Origin: an uncultured Gammaproteobacteria bacterium
GTDB taxonomy: Bacteria > Pseudomonadota > Gammaproteobacteria > Magnimaribacterales > D2472
Reading direction: 5' to 3'
NCBI GenBank assembly: GCA_964342675.1
Contig: CAYFFR010000001.1
Span: forward strand, 20,981-84,980
DNA length: 64,000 nt
A program made the position numbers and the translations under genes. Below, one piece after another: positions 38,259-47,839 of this stretch; position 1 is the first letter of the stretch; each line of letters begins with the position of its first letter. The notes beneath the pieces are model-generated. The model saw only the letters and a program-made list of their open reading frames with translations, made no database searches and was not told the origin of the DNA.

Positions 38259-39948
38259 TATAAAACCTAAAGACCCAAACTGGTTTTCATCAGTAGAGTC
38301 TCCTCAAAAAGTGTCAGACCCATTAATGGTTAATTGGGATGACACAGCTGATCTTATTGTGGTTGGTTTAGGTGGGGCTGGTATAGCTGCAGCTAACGAG
38401 GCTTTAGATAAGAGTTGCACTGTAATAGGAATTGATAAAACTACTGGTGGAGGAGCTACAGCTAGGAGTGGCGGTATATTTTATGCTGGTGGAGGTACAT
38501 CCTTCCAAAAAGATGCAGGAGTTAAAGATACCCCAAATAATATGTTTAATTACTTAATTCAAGAAGTTGGAGATGTTGTTAAAGAAAGCACCTTAAGAAA
38601 CTTTTGTGATACTTCAGTAGAAAATACAGAATGGCTAGTTAAAAATGGCGTTAAATTTAATTCTGCATATTATAAAAAGAAAACCAGTTATCCTGATGCA
38701 GGTCATTTTTTATATCATTCAGATAATTCTTTAGTGCCTAAGTATATGGAAAATGCTGAACCAGCACCAAGAGGTCATAGAGGTTATGAAGAAGGTCCTT
38801 TCAAGCCAGTAGGGGTTGGTGGAACTATTTATCATCCTTTAAAAAAATCAGCTATTAAAAAAGGTTTAAAAATTTACCCACAAACTGAAGCTAGAGGTTT
38901 GATAGTGAATTCAAACAATGATGTTGTAGGAATTAAAGTTCTAAGCTTACCAGGAGGAAAACAGGCAGAGAAGCATAAAAAATTAATGCGTAAAGGAGAA
39001 GCATTTCAAATGCTGTTACCACAAAACTATCCTGGAGCAAGTTTTTTTCAAGCTATAGGAAGCTTCTATATAAATAGAGCAAAAAAAATCGAAGCTAAAT
39101 ATAGAGAAATAAAACTTTTTAGAGCAAAAAAAGGGGTGTGTATAGCAGCAGGAGGATTTATATTCAATCGCGAGATGGTCAAGCATTATGCTCCAAAGTA
39201 TTTTTCAGGAATGCCCTTAGGTACAGTAAATGATGATGGTTCTGGCATCAGACTAGGTCAAAGTGTTGGGGGACGTGCTGATTTAATGGATAGAGTTACT
39301 GCATGGAGGATGATCAATCCACCTACTGCTTTTGCTCAAGGCATTGTTGTAAATAAATCTGGTAATAGATTTACAAATGAAATGGTCTATGGTGCAACAT
39401 TAGGTGATGCAATGTGTGAAAAACAAAATGGTAAATCATATTTAATTCTAGATGAGGTATTGTTTAAAAAAGCAAAAGCAGAAGCAAAAACAGCCTTGCC
39501 TTTTCAAAGAGATCCTGCACTGATTATGATGTACTTTAATGCAAGAAAGAAAACACAATTATCAAAACTATCCAAAATATATGATATAGATGAATCTAAT
39601 CTCAAAAAATCTATAGAGAAATATAACGCTTCTGCAAGATCGAACAAACCTTGTGAGTATGGGAAAGCAGCTAAAGATGTGCATGAATTAAAAGCTCCCT
39701 TCTATATCATGGATATTTCAATTGATTCAAGACTCTCTCCCTTACCATGCATTACTCTTGGTGGGTTGGTATTAAATGAGGCAACTGGGGAAGTATTAAA
39801 TAAAGATAATAATGAAATTAAAGGACTCTATGCTGCTGGAAGATCAGCTATTGGGATTTGTTCTAATATATATGTTTCGGGTCTCTCAATAGCAGACTGC
39901 ATATTTTCTGGAAGACGAGTTGGTAGCCATATAGGAGGTAATAAATAA
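38245..39948 (+). CDS. FAD-dependent oxidoreductase, 3-oxosteroid 1-dehydrogenase/fumarate-reductase flavoprotein family
   Basis: 567 aa. Dinucleotide motif DLIVVGLGGAGIAAANEA, ARSGG, and C-terminal GLYAAGRSA...SG, typical of the FAD_binding_2 family. Confidence 0.75.
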   Translation: MQEINIKPKDPNWFSSVESPQKVSDPLMVNWDDTADLIVVGLGGAGIAAANEALDKSCTVIGIDKTTGGGATARSGGIFYAGGGTSFQKDAGVKDTPNNMFNYLIQEVGDVVKESTLRNFCDTSVENTEWLVKNGVKFNSAYYKKKTSYPDAGHFLYHSDNSLVPKYMENAEPAPRGHRGYEEGPFKPVGVGGTIYHPLKKSAIKKGLKIYPQTEARGLIVNSNNDVVGIKVLSLPGGKQAEKHKKLMRKGEAFQMLLPQNYPGASFFQAIGSFYINRAKKIEAKYREIKLFRAKKGVCIAAGGFIFNREMVKHYAPKYFSGMPLGTVNDDGSGIRLGQSVGGRADLMDRVTAWRMINPPTAFAQGIVVNKSGNRFTNEMVYGATLGDAMCEKQNGKSYLILDEVLFKKAKAEAKTALPFQRDPALIMMYFNARKKTQLSKLSKIYDIDESNLKKSIEKYNASARSNKPCEYGKAAKDVHELKAPFYIMDISIDSRLSPLPCITLGGLVLNEATGEVLNKDNNEIKGLYAAGRSAIGICSNIYVSGLSIADCIFSGRRVGSHIGGNK

Positions 39949-41567
39949 TGAACCTTAATTTTGCAACATTATGGGAAAATATTTCAGACTTAATACCTGA
40001 TACAAATGCCCTGATCTGTCGTGATGAAGTATATACCTGGAGGGATTATGAAAAACAATCTGCAAAAGTAGCATCAGCTCTAAGTAAAGCAGGTCTGAAA
40101 GAACATTCAACTGCAGGAATATACTTACATAATTCAAATGAGTACCTAATTGCACAATTCTCTATATTTAAAGTCGGTGGAGTTTCAATCAATGTAAATT
40201 ATAGATATCAAGCTGATGAACTTATTTATCTTATTGATAATGCAGATTGCGAAGCTATTTTTTATCAAGCATGTTATGGAGAACAAATAAACAAAATTAA
40301 AGATCACTTACCGAAAGTAAAAGCATGGATCGAGGTAGCCGATGGTTCAGAGTCTATTGTGAAGCACGCCCTTCATTATGAGGAATTAATTGAAAGATAT
40401 GATCCTATGGAAAGGTTTGAAAGATCTGAAGATATTTTGTATATGCTTTACACGGGCGGAACAACAGGCATGCCTAAAGGGGTAATGTATAAGCAATCAG
40501 AATTTATTGTTGCAATGTTTAGAACTCTTAAAGGCTTAGGTTTTGATGTACCAGAGAATCTTGATGATTTAAATGACTATATATTAAAGGTTAATCAATC
40601 TGGAGAAACTCCTGTTAGCTTAGTTGGATGTCCTTTAATGCATGGCACAGGTATGTGGTTAGGTTGTTTTTTACCTCATAATCTTGGTGGAACAGTAGTC
40701 ACTATGCCAGAACTTGGATTCAACCCTCATAATTTATGGGAAGAATGTCTAAGATCTAAAGCAACAAGCATTACCATAGTTGGTGATGCCTTTGCTAGAC
40801 CTATGCTAGATGCATTGAATGATGCAAAAGACAGGAATCAGCCCTATGACTTAAGATATCTTAAAACAATTATCTCAAGCGGAGTAATGTGGAGCTCAGA
40901 AGTTAAAATGGGTATTCTGGAACATGCTGACATAGTTCTAATGGATACTATGGGATCAACTGAGGGTGGTATGGGATCATCAATAACAACTCGTGATGCT
41001 AAAACCCAAACTGCTAAATTTAGACTAAACCCAGGTACTATTGTCCTCGGAGATGATGGTGAACTAGTAGAGCCTGGATCAAACAAAATGGGAATGATTG
41101 GAACAGCTGGGCTTGTACCAATTGGCTATTATAAAGATGAAGAGAAATCTAAAGCTACCTTTAAAGAATATCAAGGTGTCCGATATAGCTTTCCTGGTGA
41201 TTATGCAAAAGTCGAAGTAGATGGCACTATCACTCTTTTAGGTAGAGGAAGTAACTGTATTAACTCAGCAGGAGAGAAAATTTATCCAGAAGAAGTAGAA
41301 GAAGCGTTAAAAAAGAACCATGAGGTTTTTGATTGTTTGGTTGTAGGCGTTGAAGATAAAAAATTTGGTCAAAAGGTTGTAGCTGTAATTTCTATATCTA
41401 GTACAGATAAGGTCTCCGAAGATGAGCTAATAAATAAAACAAGAGAACATCTATCTGGATATAAATTACCAAAAAAAATTATCTTTGTAGATGAAGTGAA
41501 AAGAGCGCCTAATGGGAAAGCAAATTATAAATGGGCAAAAGAAGTAGCAGATGAAGCATGTGATTAA
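39948..41567 (+). CDS. acyl-CoA synthetase (AMP-forming)
   Basis: 539 aa. MLYTGGTTGMPKGVMY, MGSTEGG, SAGEKIYPEEVE and C-terminal RAPNGKANY. Its ATG overlaps the previous stop (TAATG). Confidence 0.85.
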   Translation: MNLNFATLWENISDLIPDTNALICRDEVYTWRDYEKQSAKVASALSKAGLKEHSTAGIYLHNSNEYLIAQFSIFKVGGVSINVNYRYQADELIYLIDNADCEAIFYQACYGEQINKIKDHLPKVKAWIEVADGSESIVKHALHYEELIERYDPMERFERSEDILYMLYTGGTTGMPKGVMYKQSEFIVAMFRTLKGLGFDVPENLDDLNDYILKVNQSGETPVSLVGCPLMHGTGMWLGCFLPHNLGGTVVTMPELGFNPHNLWEECLRSKATSITIVGDAFARPMLDALNDAKDRNQPYDLRYLKTIISSGVMWSSEVKMGILEHADIVLMDTMGSTEGGMGSSITTRDAKTQTAKFRLNPGTIVLGDDGELVEPGSNKMGMIGTAGLVPIGYYKDEEKSKATFKEYQGVRYSFPGDYAKVEVDGTITLLGRGSNCINSAGEKIYPEEVEEALKKNHEVFDCLVVGVEDKKFGQKVVAVISISSTDKVSEDELINKTREHLSGYKLPKKIIFVDEVKRAPNGKANYKWAKEVADEACD

Positions 41568-42126
41568 TAATTCACAAGAGAATAAGTTCTTATATTTTTC
41601 AAATCAGATGCCTGGTGATTTTTTTTCTGATTCTCTTATATATTTATGTGAACACAATAATGAAGGAGCATTTGGATTTATAGTAAATCAGCCCTTTGAA
41701 GTTTCTGTTAGTAGTTTATTTTCAAAATTAAATCCAAGAAATAACCAAAAAGTTTTATCAACTGATCGAATAATGAGAGGTGGTCCTGTAGAGCCAGATA
41801 GAATTTTTATACTTCATGAAGAAATTGAAAAATCTTTTAAGCAAACAAGTCAGATAACAAATAATCTATACATAACTACTTCCGAAGATTTTATTAAGTA
41901 TTTGAGTTTGAATAACCCAATCATTAAATCAAGGATATTAATTGGTTATTGTGGTTGGGGTCCTGGACAACTTGAAGATGAAATTAAAACAAACTCTTGG
42001 CAAATTATAGAAACAAATGAAGATATCATTTTTGATTCTCTTCCACATCAAATGGTGCCAACCTTGTCTCAAAGACTTGGTTACGATATTAGAAAGATTG
42101 TGAATTCAAATACTAAAAATCATTAA
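41551..42126 (+). CDS. yqgE: YqgE/AlgH-family (UPF0301) protein
   Basis: 191 aa. SLIYLCEHNNEGAFGFIVNQP...GGPVEPDRIFILH...GYCGWGPGQLEDEI are the conserved blocks of the family. Confidence 0.8.
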   Translation: MKHVINNSQENKFLYFSNQMPGDFFSDSLIYLCEHNNEGAFGFIVNQPFEVSVSSLFSKLNPRNNQKVLSTDRIMRGGPVEPDRIFILHEEIEKSFKQTSQITNNLYITTSEDFIKYLSLNNPIIKSRILIGYCGWGPGQLEDEIKTNSWQIIETNEDIIFDSLPHQMVPTLSQRLGYDIRKIVNSNTKNH

Positions 42127-42131
42127 AAGTT

Positions 42132-42878
42132 ATGCAAAGGTTTCAAGGTAAAAATACCCTAATAACAGGAGCGGCCTCTGGAATAGGCAAGTCTACTGCT
42201 ATACGTTTAGCTAATGAAGGAGCAAAATTAATCTTAATTGATTCAAATAAATCGGGTCTACTTAAGATAAATAAAGAACTGAAAGACCACACCTTAGAAT
42301 CAAAGACTCTAGATATTTCTGATAATCAATCTATTAAAGACTTGTTTATAGATATTAATAAAAAGTATAAAAAATTAGATGTTTTAATTAATGTAGCTGG
42401 CATTTTAAGATTTGATCATTCTGAAAACGTAATCCTAAATGATTGGAAACATATAATTGATGTTAATTTAACAGGAACTTTTTTTATGTGCAGATATGCC
42501 CTGCCTCTACTATTAAAATCCAAAGGTAGTATTGTGAATGTCTCATCAACAGCAGCAATTGGATCGCATGCTTGGACAGCAGCATATAGCGCTTCAAAAG
42601 GAGGTATTAGCGCTTTTTCTAAAACTTTAGCAGTTGAGTATGGTATGAAAGGACTTAATGTTAATTGTGTATGTCCGGCCTCAGTTGAAACTCCAATGTC
42701 AACAGGTTCTAACTTACCAAAAGATATAGATAGAAGACTGTTAAAAAAAATTATGCCTTTAGATGGAGTAAATAGGAGTCCTGATGATATTGCCTCTGCC
42801 ATAGCATTTCTGGCCTCAAATGATGCTATTCATATAAATGGTATTGATCTTAGAGTTGATGGAGGTCTTTTATCTTGA
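42132..42878 (+). CDS. SDR oxidoreductase
   Basis: 248 aa. ITGAASGIG, NVAG and YSASKGG motifs, C-terminal INGIDLRVDGG. Confidence 0.85.
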   Translation: MQRFQGKNTLITGAASGIGKSTAIRLANEGAKLILIDSNKSGLLKINKELKDHTLESKTLDISDNQSIKDLFIDINKKYKKLDVLINVAGILRFDHSENVILNDWKHIIDVNLTGTFFMCRYALPLLLKSKGSIVNVSSTAAIGSHAWTAAYSASKGGISAFSKTLAVEYGMKGLNVNCVCPASVETPMSTGSNLPKDIDRRLLKKIMPLDGVNRSPDDIASAIAFLASNDAIHINGIDLRVDGGLLS

Positions 42879-44593
42879 AACCCAAGAAATATCTCTTACT
42901 ACCATTATCATTGTTGGTGCTTGTTACAACTACACCTATTAATGCATCTTTACTTAATTCAAAATCAATAACTCAACCTGTTCTAGGGAAAGATGGTATG
43001 GTCGTGACACAACATTTTTTGGCCACAGAGATTGGATCAGAGGTTCTGTTAAATGGCGGAAATGCATTTGATGCATCTATTGCAGTTGCATTCGCATTAG
43101 CAGTTGTGCTTCCAAGAGCAGGAAATATAGGGGGTGGCGGTTTTATGGTCTTGTATGATGAATCCTCTAATTCATTTGAGGCATTGGATTACCGCGAACG
43201 TGCTCCCGAAAAATCATATAAAGAAATGTTTCTTAATCAAGATGGGACAATGAATGGAGATATATCAACTATTGGTTATAAGTCAATTGCTGTTCCAGGA
43301 ACCGTACATGGAATGTGGGCAATCCATAAAAGATATGGCACGCTTTCATGGAAGTCATTAATCGATCCAGCTATAAACCTGGCTAGAGAAGGATTCAGAA
43401 TCACACCAATGATGGCTGACACTTTAAATGAAAACTATGACAAGTTGAGTAAATTTGAATCTACTAAGAAAATCTTTTTATCTCAAAAACCAATGGAGTT
43501 TGGCATTCTATTAAAACAACCTGACCTGGCTAATACTCTTGAAATTATTTCCATAGATGGAGTGGATGGCTTCTATCAGGGCAAAGTGGCTCAAAAAATT
43601 ACTTCTGAAATGAAAAAAAATGGCGGTCTCATATCTTTAAAAGATTTAAAGAAATATCGTTCTGTTTGGAGAAAGCCTTTAATTGGGGATTACAAAAATT
43701 TTAAGATTGTTACTATGCCCCCACCCTCTTCTGGTGGGATTCACATTATTCAAATGTTGAATATATTAAATCATTTTTCATTACCTGATTTAAAGCATAA
43801 CTCTCCTGAGTATTCATTATTGCTTGCTGAAATTATGAAATATGCCTATGCAGATAGATCAAAATATCTAGCTGATCCAGACTTTGAAAAGGTTCCAGTT
43901 GAATATTTAATATCAAGCAAATATTCTCAGGAAATTGCATCAAGAATTAGTGTTGGTTCGTATACGAATTCTGATCTAATTGCTCCAGGTATTGCAGCTA
44001 GTCATGAAAGTCTTGATACGACCCATTTTTCAATCGCTGATCAATATGGAAACTTAGTTTCCAATACCTACACGATTAATTCTACTTATGGTTCAAAAGT
44101 TGTAATTGAGGGTACTGGAATATTAATGAACAATGAAATGGACGATTTTTCAGCTGCTCCAGGTATTCCGAATCAATTTGGTTTATTGGGTGATGAGTCG
44201 AATGAGATTGAGCCTTTTAAAAGACCTTTGAGTTCCATGAGCCCTACAATTATATTTGATATGAATAAACCATTTATGGTTACTGGATCTCCGGGTGGTT
44301 CAAAAATTATTACTGCTGTACTTCAAAATATCTTAAATGTAATAGAGTTTGATATGGAGATATCTGATGCCATATCAACACCTAGAATTCATCATCAATG
44401 GAAACCAGATGTTTTATCGCTTGAGTATGGATTTGATGAAACACACGCACAATCTATATCAAAACTAGGTCAACCCATTATTTTTGAAGAGCCAGGCACG
44501 TCTTTAGAAGCCATCATGATTCGAAATAATATCTTTTATGGTTATGGAGATACCAGAAGACCTGATTCTAAAGCAATAGGTGTTAATCAATGA
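42875..44593 (+). CDS. ggt: gamma-glutamyltranspeptidase, periplasmic
   Basis: 572 aa. TTG start overlapping the upstream TGA, which is needed to give the signal peptide MKPKKYLLLPLSLLVLVTTTPINA. Autoprocessing/nucleophile site SLDTTHFSIAD, then MNNEMDDFS and GSPGGSKIIT. Confidence 0.9.
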   Translation: MKPKKYLLLPLSLLVLVTTTPINASLLNSKSITQPVLGKDGMVVTQHFLATEIGSEVLLNGGNAFDASIAVAFALAVVLPRAGNIGGGGFMVLYDESSNSFEALDYRERAPEKSYKEMFLNQDGTMNGDISTIGYKSIAVPGTVHGMWAIHKRYGTLSWKSLIDPAINLAREGFRITPMMADTLNENYDKLSKFESTKKIFLSQKPMEFGILLKQPDLANTLEIISIDGVDGFYQGKVAQKITSEMKKNGGLISLKDLKKYRSVWRKPLIGDYKNFKIVTMPPPSSGGIHIIQMLNILNHFSLPDLKHNSPEYSLLLAEIMKYAYADRSKYLADPDFEKVPVEYLISSKYSQEIASRISVGSYTNSDLIAPGIAASHESLDTTHFSIADQYGNLVSNTYTINSTYGSKVVIEGTGILMNNEMDDFSAAPGIPNQFGLLGDESNEIEPFKRPLSSMSPTIIFDMNKPFMVTGSPGGSKIITAVLQNILNVIEFDMEISDAISTPRIHHQWKPDVLSLEYGFDETHAQSISKLGQPIIFEEPGTSLEAIMIRNNIFYGYGDTRRPDSKAIGVNQ

Positions 44594-44676
44594 TAGATAA
44601 GGTTTATATGGTGATGTTATATGCAATACCTACTTTCATATTTCTTTTGATTTGTTATTTTGTAACTAAAAAATAG

Positions 44677-45426
44677 ATGCTCTACTTCACATTGAGTTTA
44701 GCCTTTTGCATTGGTCTTATGCTTGGAAGTTTTGCATCAGTATTAATATACCGATTACCGCAAGGCCTTAATAAAACATTTAATTTAATTACCCCAAGAT
44801 CACATTGTGTGTCATGCAAAGAAAAAATAAGTGTTGTAAATTTAATTCCTCTTATCAGTTATATTCTTTTAAAAGGTAAATGTGGTAATTGTAATCAGCG
44901 CATTAGTGTTTGGTATGTAGTTCATGAAATCTTCTTAGCATTAGCTTGCTTATTATTAGTCTATCAATTTGGTATTAACGATATAAAAACATGGTTGTTG
45001 ATAATAATAATAATGCTTCTTTATATTCAAGCTATAAGCGACCTAAACACTTTACTTTTATCAAACTCAATTAGCTTAGTATTGATACTTATGGGGTTAG
45101 TCTTAAATATTTATTTTAATTTTTATGTACATATTTACGATGTAATACTAGGCACAACATTAGGTTTCTTGATGTTGTGGGTGATAAATATGGTTTATAA
45201 ATTATATAAAGGTGTGAATGGTATTGATCAAGGAGATTTTTTAATGCTATCAGCATCTGGAGCTTTATTAGGTGCATCTTCACTTGGAACAGTTTTACTT
45301 TGCGGATCGATCATTTCTATAGGAGCTTATTACTTTATAAGAAATAAACATGGGCAGTATATACCTCTTGGTTCAGGTATTTCGTTTGTCTCTATTATTT
45401 ATCTTTTTGTAATAATACTGAATTAA
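44677..45426 (+). CDS. pilD: prepilin (type IV leader) peptidase
   Basis: 249 aa. Four-Cys cluster CVSC...CGNC in the first cytoplasmic loop. The two aspartyl-protease regions are ISDLNTLLLSN and GIDQGDFLML. Confidence 0.8.
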   Translation: MLYFTLSLAFCIGLMLGSFASVLIYRLPQGLNKTFNLITPRSHCVSCKEKISVVNLIPLISYILLKGKCGNCNQRISVWYVVHEIFLALACLLLVYQFGINDIKTWLLIIIIMLLYIQAISDLNTLLLSNSISLVLILMGLVLNIYFNFYVHIYDVILGTTLGFLMLWVINMVYKLYKGVNGIDQGDFLMLSASGALLGASSLGTVLLCGSIISIGAYYFIRNKHGQYIPLGSGISFVSIIYLFVIILN

Positions 45427-45571
45427 GTTCTTCTAACATAAAAAAAGATTTTTGAGTTTAGTGAAATAAATTTCTTGTTTTATAAAATAATTGAACTTTT
45501 AGAAAAGGTAGTTGTCTATTAAATAAGGCTGCCCCCTATTTTCCTCTTAATTATTTCTCTGTGGCAGTCAT

Positions 45572-45602
45572 AAAAAAGCGGACCTTATGGTCCGCTTTTT
45601 TT
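45572..45602. terminator. bidirectional rho-independent terminator
   Basis: A6-GCGGACC-ttat-GGTCCGC-T7: a perfect 7-bp GC-rich stem flanked by an A-tract and a T-tract. It sits between the convergent pilD-like gene and the 45619-46455 gene. Confidence 0.8.
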
Positions 45603-45618
45603 AATATGAATGTTGTTA

Positions 45619-46455
45619 TTATTTACCTATTCTCGGTATAGCTAATATTGCTTGAAGAACTGAGACAAAGAAAAATAAGAAAATAAATAAGAAATAAACT
45701 AATGCCGGTAACATTATTCCAAAAAATAATAAACCTAGTCCACCCATAAAATAGCCCACACTGCCAGCACCAGATGAGAAAATACTTATCAAAAGCATGA
45801 CCGCACTTCCAATAACTAAAATTCTACTAATTAATTTTTCTTGCCATACTAAAGTCTTTAATGGAAAAGTTAGAATAGCAATTAGATCGTCTGCTGCAGA
45901 ACTATTATCTGATACCTCTAAACCTATAAGATTTGGTCTAAAGTTTGGAGCAACCAATATCAAGTAAAAGACAACTAGAGCTAATATCATAAGAGCTGGG
46001 ATGAATGCACCAGTAAATAAATTCATCAAAAATAAAACAGTTAGTACTACGGCTCCAATAAAATATCCAACTGCGTTATAAACCAAAACTGCATTATGAC
46101 TTATGTAAGTCTTACATCCAGATAGAACCTTTTCACAAGATTTATGAAACTTCTCCATAAGATAACTCAGTAATAAAAAGAGTATTGGTAAAAGTATCAT
46201 CCCTCCAACAATAAAAACAGCCCATTTAGGCATGCCTATTGTATATTCAATCATTCCCTCAGGTACTTTAAAAAAGCCCACGAGACTTGAAAATATTAAT
46301 AAACCAATAGAGATTAGCAATGCTGCGGCATGCAAGCGATTTAGGCTTGATAAAATCATATTTAAGAACCTATTGGCTATATATTGATCAAGAAATTCTA
46401 TAAATTTGTCACCAATAGAATAGATCTTACTTAAAACATTATTAAATAACTCCAT
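45619..46455 (-). CDS. polytopic membrane protein, unknown function
   Basis: 278 aa with about 6-7 hydrophobic helices and a strong ribosome-binding site (AAAGGAGGAAGG) upstream. No motif recognised. Confidence 0.6.
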   Translation of the reverse strand: MELFNNVLSKIYSIGDKFIEFLDQYIANRFLNMILSSLNRLHAAALLISIGLLIFSSLVGFFKVPEGMIEYTIGMPKWAVFIVGGMILLPILFLLLSYLMEKFHKSCEKVLSGCKTYISHNAVLVYNAVGYFIGAVVLTVLFLMNLFTGAFIPALMILALVVFYLILVAPNFRPNLIGLEVSDNSSAADDLIAILTFPLKTLVWQEKLISRILVIGSAVMLLISIFSSGAGSVGYFMGGLGLLFFGIMLPALVYFLFIFLFFFVSVLQAILAIPRIGK

Positions 46456-46531
46456 ATCCTTCCTCCTTTTAGATATATTTAAGCTAATCGATTGTAAATT
46501 GAATTAAGCTTAACTACAACTTTGATACAAC

Positions 46532-46918
46532 TCACCAATCGCAACTATCTTTAATTTCCCTAGCATCATAGCCATCATATTCATAAGGGTCGGTCGTAAG
46601 TTTGCCAACAACTTCTCCATCTTTTAATAATACCGGTGGATCGGATGCATAGTCATTAAATGCTGATTCAGATGAATAATCATCCCCATAGTCAGAGTAC
46701 TCATTCCAAATAGATTCTGCACTGTATTCATTGCCATAATCACTATATTCATTGTAAATAGAGTCTGATTCATACTGATCATCAATAGTGCCTAAATATG
46801 TGCCATCATCAGCAATAATTTTTGCTCCTTCTAGCTCATAACAATCCCAGCTTGATACTTGAGTGAAGGAATTGAATGATACAGAGGTAATGAATATTAC
46901 AAAAATTTTTTTATACAT
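46532..46918 (-). CDS. small secreted acidic Tyr-rich tandem-repeat protein, unknown function
   Basis: I prefer the internal Met (128 aa: MYKKIFVIFITSVSFNSFTQVSS...), which gives a signal peptide and avoids overlap with the upstream gene. It contains three tandem copies of about 16 aa, xESIxNEYSDYGxxYS. Confidence 0.55.
   Translation of the reverse strand: MYKKIFVIFITSVSFNSFTQVSSWDCYELEGAKIIADDGTYLGTIDDQYESDSIYNEYSDYGNEYSAESIWNEYSDYGDDYSSESAFNDYASDPPVLLKDGEVVGKLTTDPYEYDGYDAREIKDSCDW
46640..46771 (-). repeat. in-frame tandem repeat (about 48 bp, 2.75 copies) encoding the ESI(Y/W)NEYSDYG(N/D)(E/D)YS units
   Basis: Protein residues 50-93 read ESDSIYNEYSDYGNEY / SAESIWNEYSDYGDDY / SSESAFNDYASD. 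Confidence 0.7.
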
Positions 46919-46943
46919 ATAAATTACCTCTTGATAAACTCCC

Positions 46944-47696
46944 TTATGATGAAGAGTCGTATAACCATTCCATTCCAAAAGTTCGGATTTGACCACATTG
47001 AACATGTTTAGCATATTCAGCATAAATGCCTTTCTCTCTCATGAAATCACGAGTTTCAGGCCATTTTGCTGCAGCTTCAGCTCTCTTATCGCTGTTATAC
47101 CAATGCACCATTCTTACCATGTCATACGGAACATCATCATTAAACCCTCTATAAGGTCTTAAATAATGAACACCGTAACCTTCAGCACCTAACTCTCTTG
47201 AATATTCTTCATGTTTTGCTGAGACTTTTAATAGCTCCTGAAAATCTGATTCTTCAGTAAATTTACAATTAGCAAAATCTACAAACTGAATTCTGTCATA
47301 ATCCTCACTGTCAATTCTTAAATGTCTTGCTGCTGTATTGATAAATGCGAAATTGCCATTACAAGTTGCTGGATTAGTTTTTGGGTTCTTAAAATCATTT
47401 AAATAAGCACCATACTCTTTATACATCTCAGAACCATCTGGCCATGTTCCCCACAACACAAAATCAAATTCGTTATTTCCCGCAAGAACAGGTGTTAAAA
47501 TTGATTTAGAATATTTTAAATTATTTTTTCTTAAAAACTTTTCATATTCTTGCTGATACTTAACAACATCATCATAGTCTTTACCTTCATTATATTTACA
47601 GAAGCTTACTTCCGTTCTAACAACGTATTGCTCTGATGCTGCAAATAATTGAAAAGTTACAAAGAATCCACAGGCTATAAAAATTAATTGTTTCAT
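46944..47696 (-). CDS. secreted protein of unknown function with an internal domain duplication
   Basis: 250 aa. Signal peptide MKQLIFIACGFFVTFQLFA. The two halves share a pattern (VSFCKYNEGKDYDDVVKYQQEYEKFL vs VDFANCKFTEESDFQELLKVSAKHEEYS). Confidence 0.6.
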   Translation of the reverse strand: MKQLIFIACGFFVTFQLFAASEQYVVRTEVSFCKYNEGKDYDDVVKYQQEYEKFLRKNNLKYSKSILTPVLAGNNEFDFVLWGTWPDGSEMYKEYGAYLNDFKNPKTNPATCNGNFAFINTAARHLRIDSEDYDRIQFVDFANCKFTEESDFQELLKVSAKHEEYSRELGAEGYGVHYLRPYRGFNDDVPYDMVRMVHWYNSDKRAEAAAKWPETRDFMREKGIYAEYAKHVQCGQIRTFGMEWLYDSSS

Positions 47697-47839
47697 AATT
47701 TCTCCATATATATATTCTTATTTGAACATAAAAACATCAAAAAAAATTTATTTTGTATCAAACTTAAAAATTTAATTAAAATAAAAAATGATTCATCTCT
47801 TGAGGCTAATTTCATTACAAGTACAATAGTAACCCCTTA

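Noticed and set aside
42416-42802. 128-aa minus-strand ORF inside the SDR gene 42132-42878
   Set aside because: It is antisense to an SDR that has all its signature motifs, and it has no independent support.
44607-44676. 22-aa ORF (MVMLYAIPTFIFLLICYFVTKK) just upstream of the prepilin peptidase
   Set aside because: It is too short and has no supporting feature. The peptidase has a complete N-terminus of its own, so this is not a frameshifted gene fragment.
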